Of a DNA stretch of 64,000 bases, positions 39,315 to 51,950 are shown one piece after another; position 1 is the stretch's first letter, and each line of letters begins with the position of its first letter. Both the position numbers and the translations under genes were made by a program. A model generated the notes under the pieces. That model ran no database searches, was not told the DNA's origin, and saw only the letters and a list, made by a program, of their open reading frames with translations. The DNA is from Raillietiella orientalis (lineage: Eukaryota): contig JAYWIR010000053.1 of NCBI GenBank assembly GCA_036172245.1, positions 744,001-808,000 of the forward strand, given 5' to 3'.

Positions 39315-40283
39315 CCCGCAGGATGACTTTAGTTGGCCCAAGAGTCTTGGGTGCAGCACCAGTGGAAGCCCTCTTTCGACCTTCGTTGACTGACCGGGAT
39401 CGAAATCTGACTTTCCGGGATCCTTCCGGGAATGAGAAGTACCTCGGGCCGCCCCTCTGGTTGTGAAGAAGGATCCTCTACCATGGAGCTGGTCGACAGC
39501 CCCTTCTAGAGGTCGTCTCTCCAGAGTGTCAGAAGCGCGCTGCTCTCTTTGGGTTCTCATCAGAGGAGGAAATCATGAGCGGTTCCCTTGCGTTGGAGAA
39601 GAAATGAGAAATGTTGCGCTCCCTGGGGGCCCCTCCGGAGAGAATAGGGAAGCGGTTCCCTTCAGGGTTCCCTTCGGAGACAACCAGAAGCTCCATCCGC
39701 TGGATTATGGCGACTTGGAGCAAAGCCTACAGAGGAAGAAACGAGAAAGACCCCGTCCAGCTCGCAGTTCGCTTTCTGCAGATAGCGTCCCCACCTGGGA
39801 TCCATTTGGGGAAGACCTAGCTAGAATCCTGAAAAGGGACAGGGATCCCCTCCCGAAGATTTCTATTTACTTTTATTCACTCTTTATTCTATTTTTCTTT
39901 TTGTTTTCTCCCCTCCCCTTCCGCTGCCGAGGTGACCCCCGTCGGTCTGCTCACAGGAGATCCGACAGATCCACGGACAGGCAGAGTGTGATAGGACCAC
40001 TTGTCCTACCACAATGCATGAGGTTATTTTAAATTTTAAGAAACGCCCCGGCGTGCCCGGGTGGAAATAGGAGACAACCAGGTTGAAAGGTTCCCTTCGG
40101 GTCCTCTCCCAAAGGTAAGAAAAAAACAGACTCCTTTCTCTGGAGCCTTCCTGGATTCGTAGCGTGGTCCCTCCGGAGTGATTCCCTATAAATTGAAGAG
40201 CTACACGCACCCTTGGGTGGCATAGGCAGTTTTCTAAAGACCTTCGTGACCCCCCTCTAGGCAGGCGAACGGTTTTTTAGCAC
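39315..40283 (+). mobile_element. SINE copy S8, interrupted by a LINE fragment at 39688-40069
   Basis: Core and body at 39315-39687; resumes at 40070 and ends GGCGAACGGTTTTTTAGCAC. Confidence 0.85.
39688..40069 (+). mobile_element. Short LINE 3' fragment with 12-bp flanking direct repeat
   Basis: LAVRFLQIA..GEDLARILKR resembles AIRFLEKA..EELSRMLQQ. Hairpin CCCGG-CGTGC-CCGGG at 40047-40061. GGAGACAACCAG on both sides. Confidence 0.75.
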
Positions 40284-42689
40284 ATGGAGAAACCGCCTGA
40301 GGCGGTCCCTGCTCGTTGATTTCGGAACGCTCTCCTCCGAACCCAAGGGCGAGGTCAACCCCCTTTCGTCTCACACGCTTAGCTTCCTCTTCCAGCCTCA
40401 CCTCGCCTCCCTGTTTCGCGGACGAAAGATCGCGAGATGCAACCTCCGCGTCCACTCGTCTGCTCCGGGTCCCAGAGGCTCTCCCGTGCCCCTGGAAAAA
40501 CGGACTCAAATGCCGCTGGTTAGCGTATCTCCCGTTTCGGATGCTGCACTCCGGGAGCGCATCCTCCGCGTTTTCTTGCTTCTGGTGGTGGCTGCGATGG
40601 CCGGTCCGGATTGTACGGCTGCTAATAATGACAGTGGCAGATTTGGGGGCCTGAAGTTCAGGGTAGTCTTGAAAACAAAGCCGTCTATCACAGAGGAAGA
40701 AGGGGAATTCGTCCTTCGTTCCTCGCAAGGAGTGGGACACGTGCATTTCACGGCTCAAGGACGATCACTTCTCTTCAACGCAGCTGGGGGAGCTCCTAAC
40801 AACAGTTTGCTTCGCCTCCGACGTGGGAAAACATGCAGCTTCCGCCTCTTGGCCGTCCGTGCGACCTCGGCTGGGAACGTCCTTCGCTGGTCATCGCGGA
40901 GGAATTCCCGAAATTCCAGGATCCTCCAGCTTCCCCCTCGCGGGTGGGAGACGGGCGGAAGGCAACGCTTCTTTCTGGCACCGGAAGCCGGATGCCAACC
41001 GGACATAGGCGGTGCCTGGGAGTCCTCAACCAGCGACGGAATCCCCCGGCTGGCTCCCACACATGGACAGTTTGACACTGTCCATGCGTGGGAGCCCGTG
41101 GAGAGGAGCGACCACGCGCGCGAGGAGGCACCCTTTCCGCTCCAGCAGGGAGATTGGCGACCCGTCGGCGGCGTCTCTTCCAGGCCCGGCTCCGTCGCTC
41201 CACGTTTATATTAATAATTTATGAGGGCTGCCTCCTTTGATATTTTGACTAAGAGGAAATTACGCGAAATGACAGGTGGATCCGTGAAAAATAACAGCGC
41301 GAAAATCCGTGCTCCCGGGAGGAGTGTGAAAAAGAAGAGGAAGAGGAGGAAGAAGAAGAAAATTCCACAGGATATTCGTGGCGGCGCACGCGTGATTCAC
41401 GCGTATATTTTTGGCGGAGAGGAAGTTTCGCGTGGAAACCCATCAGTTGCCGGGGGCGGCGGCGCTCCCGATATCCGGGATGTACCGGCGGGAGACACCT
41501 CCATGGACTTTCGCTTTCGCGTTCCCTCGAGACTTCTTCGCCTGCGCACCCGCCGCCTTTCCGTAGCCGGGATCCATGCTGAGTCGTCGTCTTCTCCGAG
41601 GTCTGCGAACCGCCACCGCAGCTCAGGTGCCCGGACGTACTTCCGCTTTCTCCTGTTTTCTCTTGGAAGCGGTACTTCCGCGCGCTGTCCCGGATCCCAA
41701 TGTTCTTCGAGAATGGCGCGTTCCGGAAGGACGAGAAGCTGACGCTGTGGGCTTCCGGATGTCGAAAACTTCGCGGAAGAGGACAGTTCTGGAACTGCTA
41801 GCCCGGCACGAGCTCTCTGGCATCCCGCGCATTTCCCAGGGAGCTGCCGCGAACGCACAGAAGCAGCAGGATGCGGAAGTTGCTTCTTCAGTCAGGGGAG
41901 GAAAAAAGGACGTCGGCCCCACGCCTCACGTGGGGGCCTACTCCTTCCCGTGCTATGGGTTGGGCGCTGCTTCTTTCTGTGGCACAGCAAGAAGAAGTTG
42001 CGGCCTGGTAGGGCTGCTGCTCCTCCTTCTTCAGGGAAGCCTCCAACACTTTAGGGGAGTGATCTTGGGCTGGGTGGGTCTTTCCCCGCTGCCGCTGTTC
42101 AACTCCCCTTCCGGTGCGGAAGGTGGTTCTTCATCGCGCTCGCTCAGTAGCGCTTCGCCAGAGGGGGAACCGAGCTCGGTGGCGTGTCGGGCGGCTTTGC
42201 AGAGTCAGGGGGTCTCCAGAGGGGGACAGCAGCGCAACCTGCACGCTGAGGAGCAACGTGCAAGAGCTCTGAAAGCACTACCCGACCTGCCCTTTCTTCC
42301 ATGAATCTCACGAGTGTGAATAGTCAGCTTTCGCGTAACTCTATGGGTGACGTCCTCGCCTCGGTGGTCGCAGAAAACCTCCCAACGAGCGAAGGCGGCA
42401 GAACCGCGTGGTCTAGTTTGAGCTACGCACCTCATCCCTAGCCACCTCCGCAGCCCCCATTCACCTTCATTGCAGCTGCCGCGCTTCATCCCTTTACAGA
42501 TTACTCATATCGACTCAATCCAGAGGCCCCCGTGTGCCTCCGTACCGGAAAGGCGTACGCGAGCGGAGAGCTCCGTGGATTTTCGGGCTCTCGAACTCGG
42601 GCCTGCAGATCTCCTGAAACAGATCTTTGTGCAACACGCGATTTTGGACAGAATCGCAGTTCCCTCGCGCGTCTTTGCCTCCCCGTCTC

Positions 42690-43310
42690 TTTTATTTTGC
42701 ACAGTGCTGAAGAACCGTTCGCCTCTTCAGGGTGGGGACACGGAACTCTGTGACACTGTCCATGGCACCGGACTGTGCGTGTTACTCCTCAAGTTAGAGG
42801 AGCACCCTGTCAGGGGATCTCCCTGTGAATCAGGGAAGGCTGAGGAGGAAGGAATCCTTTTGGAAGGATCCTCGAAGGGAAATGCTTCCTCATTCCAAGG
42901 GGGAGTTGCTCCTCATTTCTTTTGCGGAGTGAACCCGGAAAAGGTCCATTCCTGGTTTCCTTTTCTGAATATAACCCTGAAGGGAGCTTCTTGCATTCTG
43001 GAGGGGTAACCCACGAGGAAGACATCAACCAGCTCGATGGCATGGCTCTCTCTTCGCAACCGGAAGGGCACCCCAATGGAATCAAGGATTCCCAGATGGA
43101 CCCCGGAGGTTCAACTTCCAACCCCGACTAGTCAACGGGATATCCGGAGGTTTCTGGATTCCCACCAGTGTCGCCTCACCCGAAGCTCGTGGTTCAACCA
43201 GAGCCATCCTGCGTGGGGAACTGGAAACCCACGATGCACCCATTTCTCAGCGCCGACCCTCCACGTGGGTCGCCGCTGAAACTCTTGATACCACACACGG
43301 CCGTCTACGC
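42690..43310 (-). mobile_element. SINE copy S9
   Basis: GTGCTGAAGAACCGTTCGCC at 42704; core; CCCACGATGCACCCATTTCT head. Confidence 0.85.
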
Positions 43311-43422
43311 GGGCTGCATTCCCGCTTGGAGGCGCGGGATGCAGCAAAATCCACAGAAGCGCCTTCTTCCTGCCGTGCAGAATCGCAAAATGCGAAGTGA
43401 TTTCAACCAGGGGGAGAGAGAA

Positions 43423-43444
43423 GTGTGTGTGTGTGTGTGTGTGT
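43423..43444. repeat. (GT)n microsatellite
   Basis: About 11 GT units, followed by G and A homopolymers. Confidence 0.9.
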
Positions 43445-44909
43445 AAGGAGGGGGGGAGGAGAGGAAAGGGGGGGGGGGAAAAAAAAATTGGCCTTGCCGC
43501 CTCTCCCATGCCGATTTACTCATCACTCTCATCCTTCTTTCTTCTTTGTTGCTTTTTATTAATAGAAACACGGAGCAGAGGTCTTGCGCTGCAGAGGGCT
43601 GTGCTTCTGCGAAGCCCTCTTGCAGCTCCTTCATTTCCTGCAGCTCAAAAAGCGCGCACGCACGCATTCTTGCAGCCGCAGTGGGCAGGATTCCCTATAC
43701 GCGCGAGCCAGACCGTCCCCGTTGCTGCGCCCTTGCTTCAGCTACCTTCTGGGGACTTATTACCACGCTTGGGGTAGCGGAAACGTATCGACGCTGTCAC
43801 CGGTCTTGGCACATCTCATCATCCAATGCCGAAATCCAGCAAGACACCCCGGCGAAGCGGTGCCTTCCTTCAGTGCAGCAAGAGCTTATTTATAACGGAG
43901 CCACGCGGGAAGGAAGCGGGAAGCCTCACGCGCCAAACTGGAGCGGAGCATCCGCGCTCGGGCACCTAACGGGAAAGCAGAAGAACTCCCGGGAGGCTTG
44001 TAAAGGCAGGACGGATTTCTGCAGGGGGGAGGAGAAGACGGGAAACCTCCTCGTGCCGCCCCTCCTGGTGACAGGGGGTCCTTCGAGCTGGGTGCTTCGG
44101 CGGCTGCAGTCCCGCCCAAGTAGGGCTCTGCGCCCGCTCCCTGTCCCCGCGCGCAGCAATTATCTGTGCGGCTCACCCTGTCCGCATTCCCCTCGCTTCC
44201 AATCCGCTCGTTCTGTCTGTCTTGAAAATGAGACCGGCCCATTTGCCATTTCGGGGAAATTCTCCTACTTTCTAAATGAGGAACCTATTTCTAGACAGGC
44301 GTGAACAGAAGTCCTCCCCCCCTAGTGCGTTGGATGACCCGAACTGACCTAGCTTCCGTGAGCATAGCTGTCTGTCCTTGAAGCTGAAATTTACTCCTGT
44401 CTTTTCGGCAGGCGGGATTGGACAAGTTTGACCTTTGAGAACTTTTACATGTGACTCTGACGGGTTTTCATCACACGCCGCTCGGGCCGTGGATCTGGAT
44501 TGGCTGTCGAGCGTCTCCACCACTTTCCCAGAGCTAGAACCTTACTCTCTCTTTTAGTCCTTGCATCCACCTATTGGCACTGCCGGTTCGGCGGGAAGAG
44601 ATTATCTCTGCCTCCAATACAAGGACCCATTTCACGCTATCCTTCCTAGGAATACGTGGTCCACTCTTCAACTCAACCGTTAACTCGAATGAAACGATTG
44701 GAAGGAAGGGCTGCCGATCCACGAAGTGCTCGAAACTGCAGACTGAGAACAGTTCGCCACCGGTGGCAACAGCCGCCGAACGGACTGCTTCCCTATCAGG
44801 GAAAAGTGGATGACTTACGCACAGAGCACGCAGAATGCGGAAGATCCAAAGGTGCAAAATTGCGAAGACCCTCCCGGCCCAAGAAAATAAATAGACGATC
44901 TCTTCTGCT

Positions 44910-46420
44910 TCTCATCCAGGTGCGCCGGAGCGTTTATTACTAAACTGTCCAGGAACAGAGTTGCCGGACAAAGGACACAGAAAAACGAAGGGAGGGCTCC
45001 CCGACACGCAGGTCGGTGAATCCGAAAGTCCGGAACAGGAGGCAGGGAACCACAAATACAGGTATAAAAAATATAAATCAAAATATGCGGGGTGGGGGAC
45101 AGGGGTCTTTGGTGTCGGCCGTTTCTTTCTTTCAGAACCGGCGTTGGATGCCGGAGATCTCGTTCCTTATGTTCTCTGGAAGATGAGACCAACCAACAGC
45201 CGACGTCATGTTCTCGTCGGCTATTCCGGTGGCCTGACGACGAATCGCCTGCGTCTCCAGCTCTCGGTGGGCCTTGTCGATGGCGCGGGTGCAACGGACA
45301 GTTGCGACCATCGCACCTAAGGACAGGCCGCCTGGTGTGAAGAAGGAACGCATCAAATCCCTTGCGGTGTCTCCCTTGAGCAGGAGAGCTGAGGCCAGCC
45401 TCCGCCACAGTCCTTGGAGGGCACCGCAGTCCAAGAACAGGTGAGGGAGCGTTTCCACTTCTCCGCACCGTTTACAGTTCGGGGAGACAACTCCCCCGGA
45501 AACACGGTTCGTCCACTGGTTGGAGTGAAAACCCCAATGCACCAGCAGGATGACGTCCTGTTTCCACGTGAGGGGGAACACAGAAGTGTCCACGCACGAG
45601 GAGGGACCACAAGTTCATCGGGAGGCACACTAAGGAAAACTTCTTAGTGTCCACCGAAGGAGTCCCTTCGGGATGTTGAGAGGCGTGGCAGAGTCTGCCA
45701 GCTCGCTAGTCCTCCAGCCGCCCATGGGATGGGTTGCTCCTGCGATAGTGCAGGCTACCTCCCACCTTGCCAATAGGCAGCTGTCATGCCTGAGCGCAGA
45801 CAGCGCTGCGGCAAGGGGCGTGGTGGCCAGGCTGGTCCACTTGCCCTGGTTGTTCATGATCTCCTCCACCGTACAGTACGGAGAAAAGTTGGCGCAACGA
45901 AGTTCCAAAAGGAAAACATCCTGTTGCCTTGCCCAGGCATGCAACGATCCCTGCCGTCAAGTAGTAAAGTTCGTTGGGCGGCAGGAGATCCATGCGTGGG
46001 CTACCAGAAGCAGGTAGAGGGACTTCAGAGAGAAACCGAAGCTTCTCTTGGCGCGCTCCGTATGGGCCAGAGCGGCTGAAGTCCTTCGCTACCGGTGCAG
46101 TGCCGCAGAAGCAGGCGTGCGGGAGCACACCACGGAGTGGACCAAAGGTTGGCGCACAGGGCCAACATGAGTAACTGGACTTGCAGTTCTATCCTCTCCA
46201 GCGTCGGGATGCCGAAGTCGGCATCCCGACGTGGAGCCACCAAGTCTTTGAGGTGGAACCTGGACCTCGTGGGTCCCCACAGAACGTTTCTCAACAGGCG
46301 TCTCTCCTGGAGCTTTGATCGAGCTTTGAGGATCTCTGCCAAGGCCTGCGGGATCCGCGTTGTGTACTAACAGTCGGTCGCAGAGACAGTTCTGGAGAAG
46401 CGACCTACCACTGGACACTC
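44910..46420 (-). mobile_element. 5'-truncated L1/Tx1-like LINE with zf-RVT-type CCHC finger
   Basis: KDLVAPRRDADFGIP, CKRCGEVETLPHLFLDC...LWRRL, stop at 45132, then AATAAA and a hairpin at 44915-44929. Confidence 0.9.
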
Positions 46421-46439
46421 GGTAGGCATCCTCCTACTT

Positions 46440-47890
46440 TGCCAAGGAGGAATATCTTGAGAGTTTGAGGGTCAAGCATTGGAAGGGAGACATCCGAGAC
46501 GAACCCTACAAGGCCTTTGTGGTTTAAGAAAACGCAGCTGCGACATCCTCGCCTGTCCATCACTGCACCCGCAACCCGATCTTGTGGGTGCCCAAACCAG
46601 ACGCGCCAGGATGCCGGCTTGGGCAGGCATCTTGACCATCCACAAGATCAAGCTGCAAGTGCAATTCAGACTTCTCCCTCTGTGTAGGAAATTGTGGTCT
46701 TTCCATTGGTGCTCTCTGGTATGCCATACCTTCCGGCGATACGCTGCAAGCTCAGGGCTTCTTTCGTTGCTACCGTGCTGCCGACACAGGATTCCAGGAT
46801 TCGGCTTTTCACTGAAGCAACTGCCCTCATTCTTGAAATGCTTGTCTTGGATCAGCTGCAGTTCCCCAAACTGGAAAGCCGAGCGGCAGAAAGCACTGAA
46901 ATCCTGGGTCGCCACTCTGGCAGAGAGGAACTTCGTTTTCTGAGAAAACTCCTACGCAAACCCATGGGAGACATCCTGCGGGACTGGGAGTCAGTGGCTT
47001 CAGATAGCCATCTCTCCTTTTGTCCCAGTGCTGCCTGCCCTCAGCGCAAACCAGAGCAGCAGCCAACCGGCGGGGTGGAAGATTCCTTGCAGCATTGCAG
47101 GAGTCTTCGATGGCTGCAAGACGAGCGAGTCGGTGGACGATGTCGCTCCGCATTCTCGGGCGAAGAGACTCCTTCGGTGGAGGGACCTGCTCAATGCGCC
47201 TCCCGAAGAACTGTGGTCCCTTCCCTGTGTGCACGAACATCGAAGTGTTCCCATTGAAATGGCAAGGGGATGTTCTGCTGCTCCTGCACTGAAGACTCCA
47301 GTGCAACCAGCTATGGAATCTGGTTCTTGGGTATGGTGCTGCGTCCCCAAGACCGCTCACGTTTTTTGATGGACCGCGGGTGCCTTCGGAGACGTTTGGC
47401 GGTGACTCGCTTCGGCACTCCTCCATCCAAGGGACGCGGTTGAGAACTTGCTGCGGCGCTTCTTCGCGCCATGTGACGGGATGTTGCCTCCTCGCCGTGG
47501 TGACAGTGCGTCTTGTGATGGAGTCTCGTTCGCAGCGAAGGGAGGCCACCAGCATGTCAGTCGCCTCGGTAGGGAGGGCTGCGAGGTGTCCTCACCTTCC
47601 AGAAGAAATAGCCAGGGAGATCGCCAGCATTCAGTGTCATCTCTAGGAAGAAAGGAGTGGCTGAAAACAAAGACTCCCGTCCCTACTCTTCCCCCTTTCG
47701 TCACTTCATTTCTTGTTCTCTCCCTTCCTCTCCCGACCCCTTTAGAAGCCGGTCTGCGCACTGTTGGTCCTACTCAATGAACTTTTTTTGGGGGGAGGGG
47801 ATGATTTTACATTTAGAGGACTCCGTTCCCGCTGACTTCCGGTTTTTTCCTTTTCTGGAAATAAACTTCCCCACGTGATCGGGTACAGAA
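46440..47890 (+). mobile_element. 5'-truncated LINE, post-RT region to 3' end
   Basis: KIKLQVQFRL is homologous to RIELQVQLL. 46923-47695 is nearly identical to 31403-32175. Confidence 0.8.
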
Positions 47891-47899
47891 CCAACGCTT

Positions 47900-49720
47900 C
47901 GTGAGGATTGCATAGTCCTGGGGGAGGTGGATGATAGGCAGACATGGGGACGAGTGCGTGGACGTCGACTTGATGAAGTTGTCTGAAGGGAGTGACAACG
48001 TTCCCCGATGTGACCCCATCCCAACGACCGCTTTCTTCATCGCCAGTGCCGTGATGAGGAGGGAGAAATAAGGAAAAAAGGAAGAGTGACTCCTGCTGTG
48101 GAGATCCCGGAAGGAGCAATTCAGAGGGAGATCGGCACTGGGATCTGCGGCCCAATCCCAGCGAGGACGTATCGCTGCACCATGAAGATTGAGGATGCTG
48201 AGTGGTTGAGAGCAGTATCTAAGATCGCCCGGTGACCGGACTCCAGCGACATGAAATCCCCCAAAGGGGCACTTAGAACGAGGACTAAAGAAAGGAAGAA
48301 ATGTGCTGCACTTTCCGTTGTTGTCGATGTATACAAGTCGCTTCAGCAAATTTGCCCATACTCTTGTCAGTCGGGTGACCATCCCGGAAGTGTCTGGAGC
48401 ACTGAGTCAAGACCCCTCGATGGGAAGGGGGCGAATGTGCGGCATCCCACGCAGCAACCGAAATCGGCTCCTCAGATGCTGAGCAGGTAGGACGTGGGAT
48501 TCGCGTCGGGCTCGCCGGACTTGGCTGATTCTCGTTTATGGTCTTCGAAGATGACTTTTGTGTTCCAACCCCCCGCTCCCCCACTTTTCCTGAGTTTGAG
48601 AGAGCACGGCGGCTTCCTTTGCTGGATGCTTGTAGGCTTTCCGCTGCTCCTGGATCCCAGACGCTCCTCCTCCTCGCTCCCGTTCCATATCTCGCATGCC
48701 CCTCGTAACTCGTAATGCATTCCCCGGTCTGTTTACACGGATGCCTTCCGTCTCCGCCAGCAGGTCGGCAGCAGGCCCGACTGCCGAAGAATGCTGCGAG
48801 CCAGGAACGTGCGCGGCAATAAACCACTCGTAACTGCCACTGTCGCGTTCTTTCCGCCATTTCCGTTTCGCCCACTCTTCATCATGAAGGTGCGGCACCG
48901 GTTCGTACCGGTGAGGACTTTCGAAAGGCGGGCGCGCTTCTCTGGAAGACCGAAAGCTTTCCGGATCCTTCGTCGTCGCCTGCCAACGGATGCGCCGGCG
49001 GCGGCCTCACCCTGCTTGGTCAGCAGTCCGTCCGGAGGAGCCACTCCGTACGTTGATAAAGAAGAGTGTCCTCTCTGAGGCTTTGCGGCTTTCGCATCGA
49101 CCTCCAGAGGTGGCGACGGATGGCAGACGTCCAGGCGAGCTGCCCATTCCCGGTTCGAGTCCCTTGAAGGCAGGGAAAGAAAAAGCTTCCGGTAGTTCCC
49201 GCGTCTGCTTTCGGACTGCACCTTCAGAAAGCTTCGGTGGGGACAGGTCTTTCGCCGCTTCAGTAGTTCTTCGGATCGAGGATGCTGCGTGCTGGCAGTT
49301 CGCGAGCACCCTTGGGGACTTCCTACGGACTCGAACCGGGACGTCCTTGCTGCGTTCCTCGCCGCTAAAGATTCTGGCGCCAAAGTGACCGGATAGCGGC
49401 GGAGACTCGCGCGCGGACTAAGACCAAACTCGCCTTAGGGGACGCCCGCTGCACACGCTCCGGCTCTGCTGTCCCTTTGAAGACGGTTCCTGGAACTCAC
49501 ACAAGACCAGTGCCAGTGCAGGACGATTTGGGGAGGCTCCACAGGGCTGCTTGCTGCCTGTGTCTGCAAGGTTTCCGACGGTGGGACGACTACCGTGTGT
49601 CCCCGACTCGCCGCGAGTGTCAAGAGGTCGGTTGGGGGCTGAGCACAGTGCAGTTTTCTCAGGACCGGGCCGACCCAAAGTAGGAGTAGAAGGAAGATGA
49701 GAGAAAGTACCTCTCTCTAT
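47900..49720 (-). pseudogene. Degenerate LINE ORF2 (APE end, linker, RT)
   Basis: GNYRKL (G.WKL-like), PYFSLLITAL (PLLF-like) and MSAY in colinear order; many frameshifts. Confidence 0.4.
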
Positions 49721-50949
49721 TCCAAAGAATCGTTCGTCATCATCCGCGTGCGGCAGCCCAGAATGTAACAGAGAGAGGATCATTAATTACGTCCCGGTCA
49801 TCAATTACGTGCGGCAGATTTCATCCCCTCCTCCTCCTACCTCCTCGAAGTCATGTATGGAGTCACTTTCCTGACAGTGTGAGGATCCCTCCACGGTGGA
49901 GAGCTTTTCAGATGAGTGGGGGAGGATTTCGCAGGAAACAAAAAAGGAAACTTTCCATGCATCTTGTTCGCGTCTTGCATGCAGCCCCGGAGGCAATCTG
50001 AAGACATAAATTACACCTAGTATTGTGTGACGCTGACAATCGCAACTGCGCGCAGTGATTCAATCGCCGCGGAAAAACGAAGAATCGCTTCTTCCAATGA
50101 CTGACGCTCTCGGCTGCAGCAGGATGAAACCGTCATCCCTCGAGCGATAAATCATCGCCGCTCCAATCGGCCGAACGAGGTCGCGGCGACGGCAGCAGCA
50201 TCCCGGCAAAGATCGGAGCTCGCGCGCCCGGCGACCGAGGAGGGCGGGCGCGTGTTCCCTCTTCGGTCGCCATCCGTTCCCAGCTCCCCTGCTTTTCAAT
50301 TTCCGATTCTTGCACCCTCCGCCTCGCTCCCGAAGAGAGGGCGAGGAATCCCCCCTTCCGCCCTTTCCCCTCCTACGGTTTTCGGCTCCTACGGTTTCCT
50401 GACAGTCCGTGGAGTCCCGGGGAACTCGCTAATTGCACACCGCGGCAGCGATTTCGCGATGCGCGGAGTTTGATCGATGGGGCGAAAACCCTTCCTTGAC
50501 TGGCCCTTTATGAAAATGGGGTCTCTCCCGGCGAGAGTAACAAATGCACGGGTCTCCTCCGCCGGCATCCTTGCGCACCTGACACCGGAGCAATCAGACA
50601 ATCATCCCGCTCGCAAGCGCCCGCTCGTATGTCACGCGCCCGGCGCAGCGCCCGTGGGCGCGCGCCGCTCCGCAGCCACTGAAGACAAACGGAGCGACCG
50701 GAATCCGCGCAACTGGAAATAAAAAAACACACACACACACAAGAATCACATTTTGCGGGATTTCTCGCCGACCTACGACGATCCTTCTCCCAAGTCACGT
50801 GATCGAGGTCACCGATTGACTCACCAGAGTTCGCCGCCGCCTTGCAGCTTCGCGTGATCGAAGCTTCCGGCTTTCCCTCGTGCGCTCTCCACCCCATATG
50901 GCTCGGAAGGGCATGAGCAATTTTCGTCTTGAGAGTTTCGCAGCCGGAG

Positions 50950-51190
50950 GGGTGAACCCGAAGGGCTCCTTGATGTCTCGGAGGGTCAACTTCCAATCCC
51001 GGCCAGCCAACAGAGGCATTTGGTTTCTGGCTGCTTCCGCCGGTGCAGCAACACTCGAAGCACATGGGCCAGTCAGTGTCATCCTGCGCAAGGGACTGGA
51101 AATCCACGACGCATCCATTTCTATTGGCGTCGACTGTCCATGCGGGGATTCGAATCCCCAGTTAGAGACCACAACCACGCGGCCGCCAAC
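50950..51190 (-). mobile_element. SINE copy S10 (head and core only)
   Basis: GGGATTCGAATCCC at 51145-51158, CACGACGCATCCATTTCT, GGAGGGTCAACTTCCAATCCCGGCCAG. Confidence 0.85.
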
Positions 51191-51194
51191 GCGG

Positions 51195-51950
51195 GCTGGT
51201 TCGGTGAACCGTCCGCCTCCTTAGGGGGGGAGGGGTCACGAAGGTCTCTAACTCTGTCCACACCACCCGAGGGCGCATGTGAATCTACCATTCAGGGGCA
51301 ACCCCAGGGAGACTACTCTGTGAATCCAGGAAGGCTCCTGAGGAAGCAGTATGTCCCCCTTACTCTTGATAGGTAAACTCTGTCTGGTTGTCTCCTGAGG
51401 GACCTCCTTACCTCCTTTTCCCTCTCTCCGAGGAACCCTCGGAGGGGGGCTCTCCTTGTTTCTTCTCCGGAAGGTACTGGGAAAGGATCTGGTTTCCTCC
51501 TCCTCTGAAGAGAATCCCGAAGGGACGCTTCCCAATTTCTCTGAAAGGTCGCTCCTTATAGGGAGCACTGCACTTGAACACTCTGGAGAGGTACCAATCA
51601 GCCAGTGTTCGATGGAGTCAACTCTGGAAGGCTCCCTGGTTCCCGGAAGGCAAACCATCGAGGAATGCATCAACCAGCCCCGTGGTCGGCCCCCTTTTCA
51701 CAACCAGGGTGGGTGGGGAAACCCAAGGATTCCTTGATTTCTGTAAGGACCCTGGAAGATCCACTCCCAATCTCGGCCAGTCAGCGGGGACACCCAGCTT
51801 CCGGCTACTTCCCCCGGGGCCGCACCAGAAGCTAACCAAGGCCAACCAGCATCATCCTGCGGGGAGAACTCGAAACCCACGACGCGACCCCATTTCTCGG
51901 TTTCGATGACCCTCCCGGGAGGGATTAGATTGCGCCGATCGCACTCGAAG
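51195..51950 (-). mobile_element. SINE copy S11
   Basis: GAACCGTCCGCCTCC tail, GTGAATCCAGGAAGG, core, and CGAAACCCACGACGC head. Confidence 0.85.
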
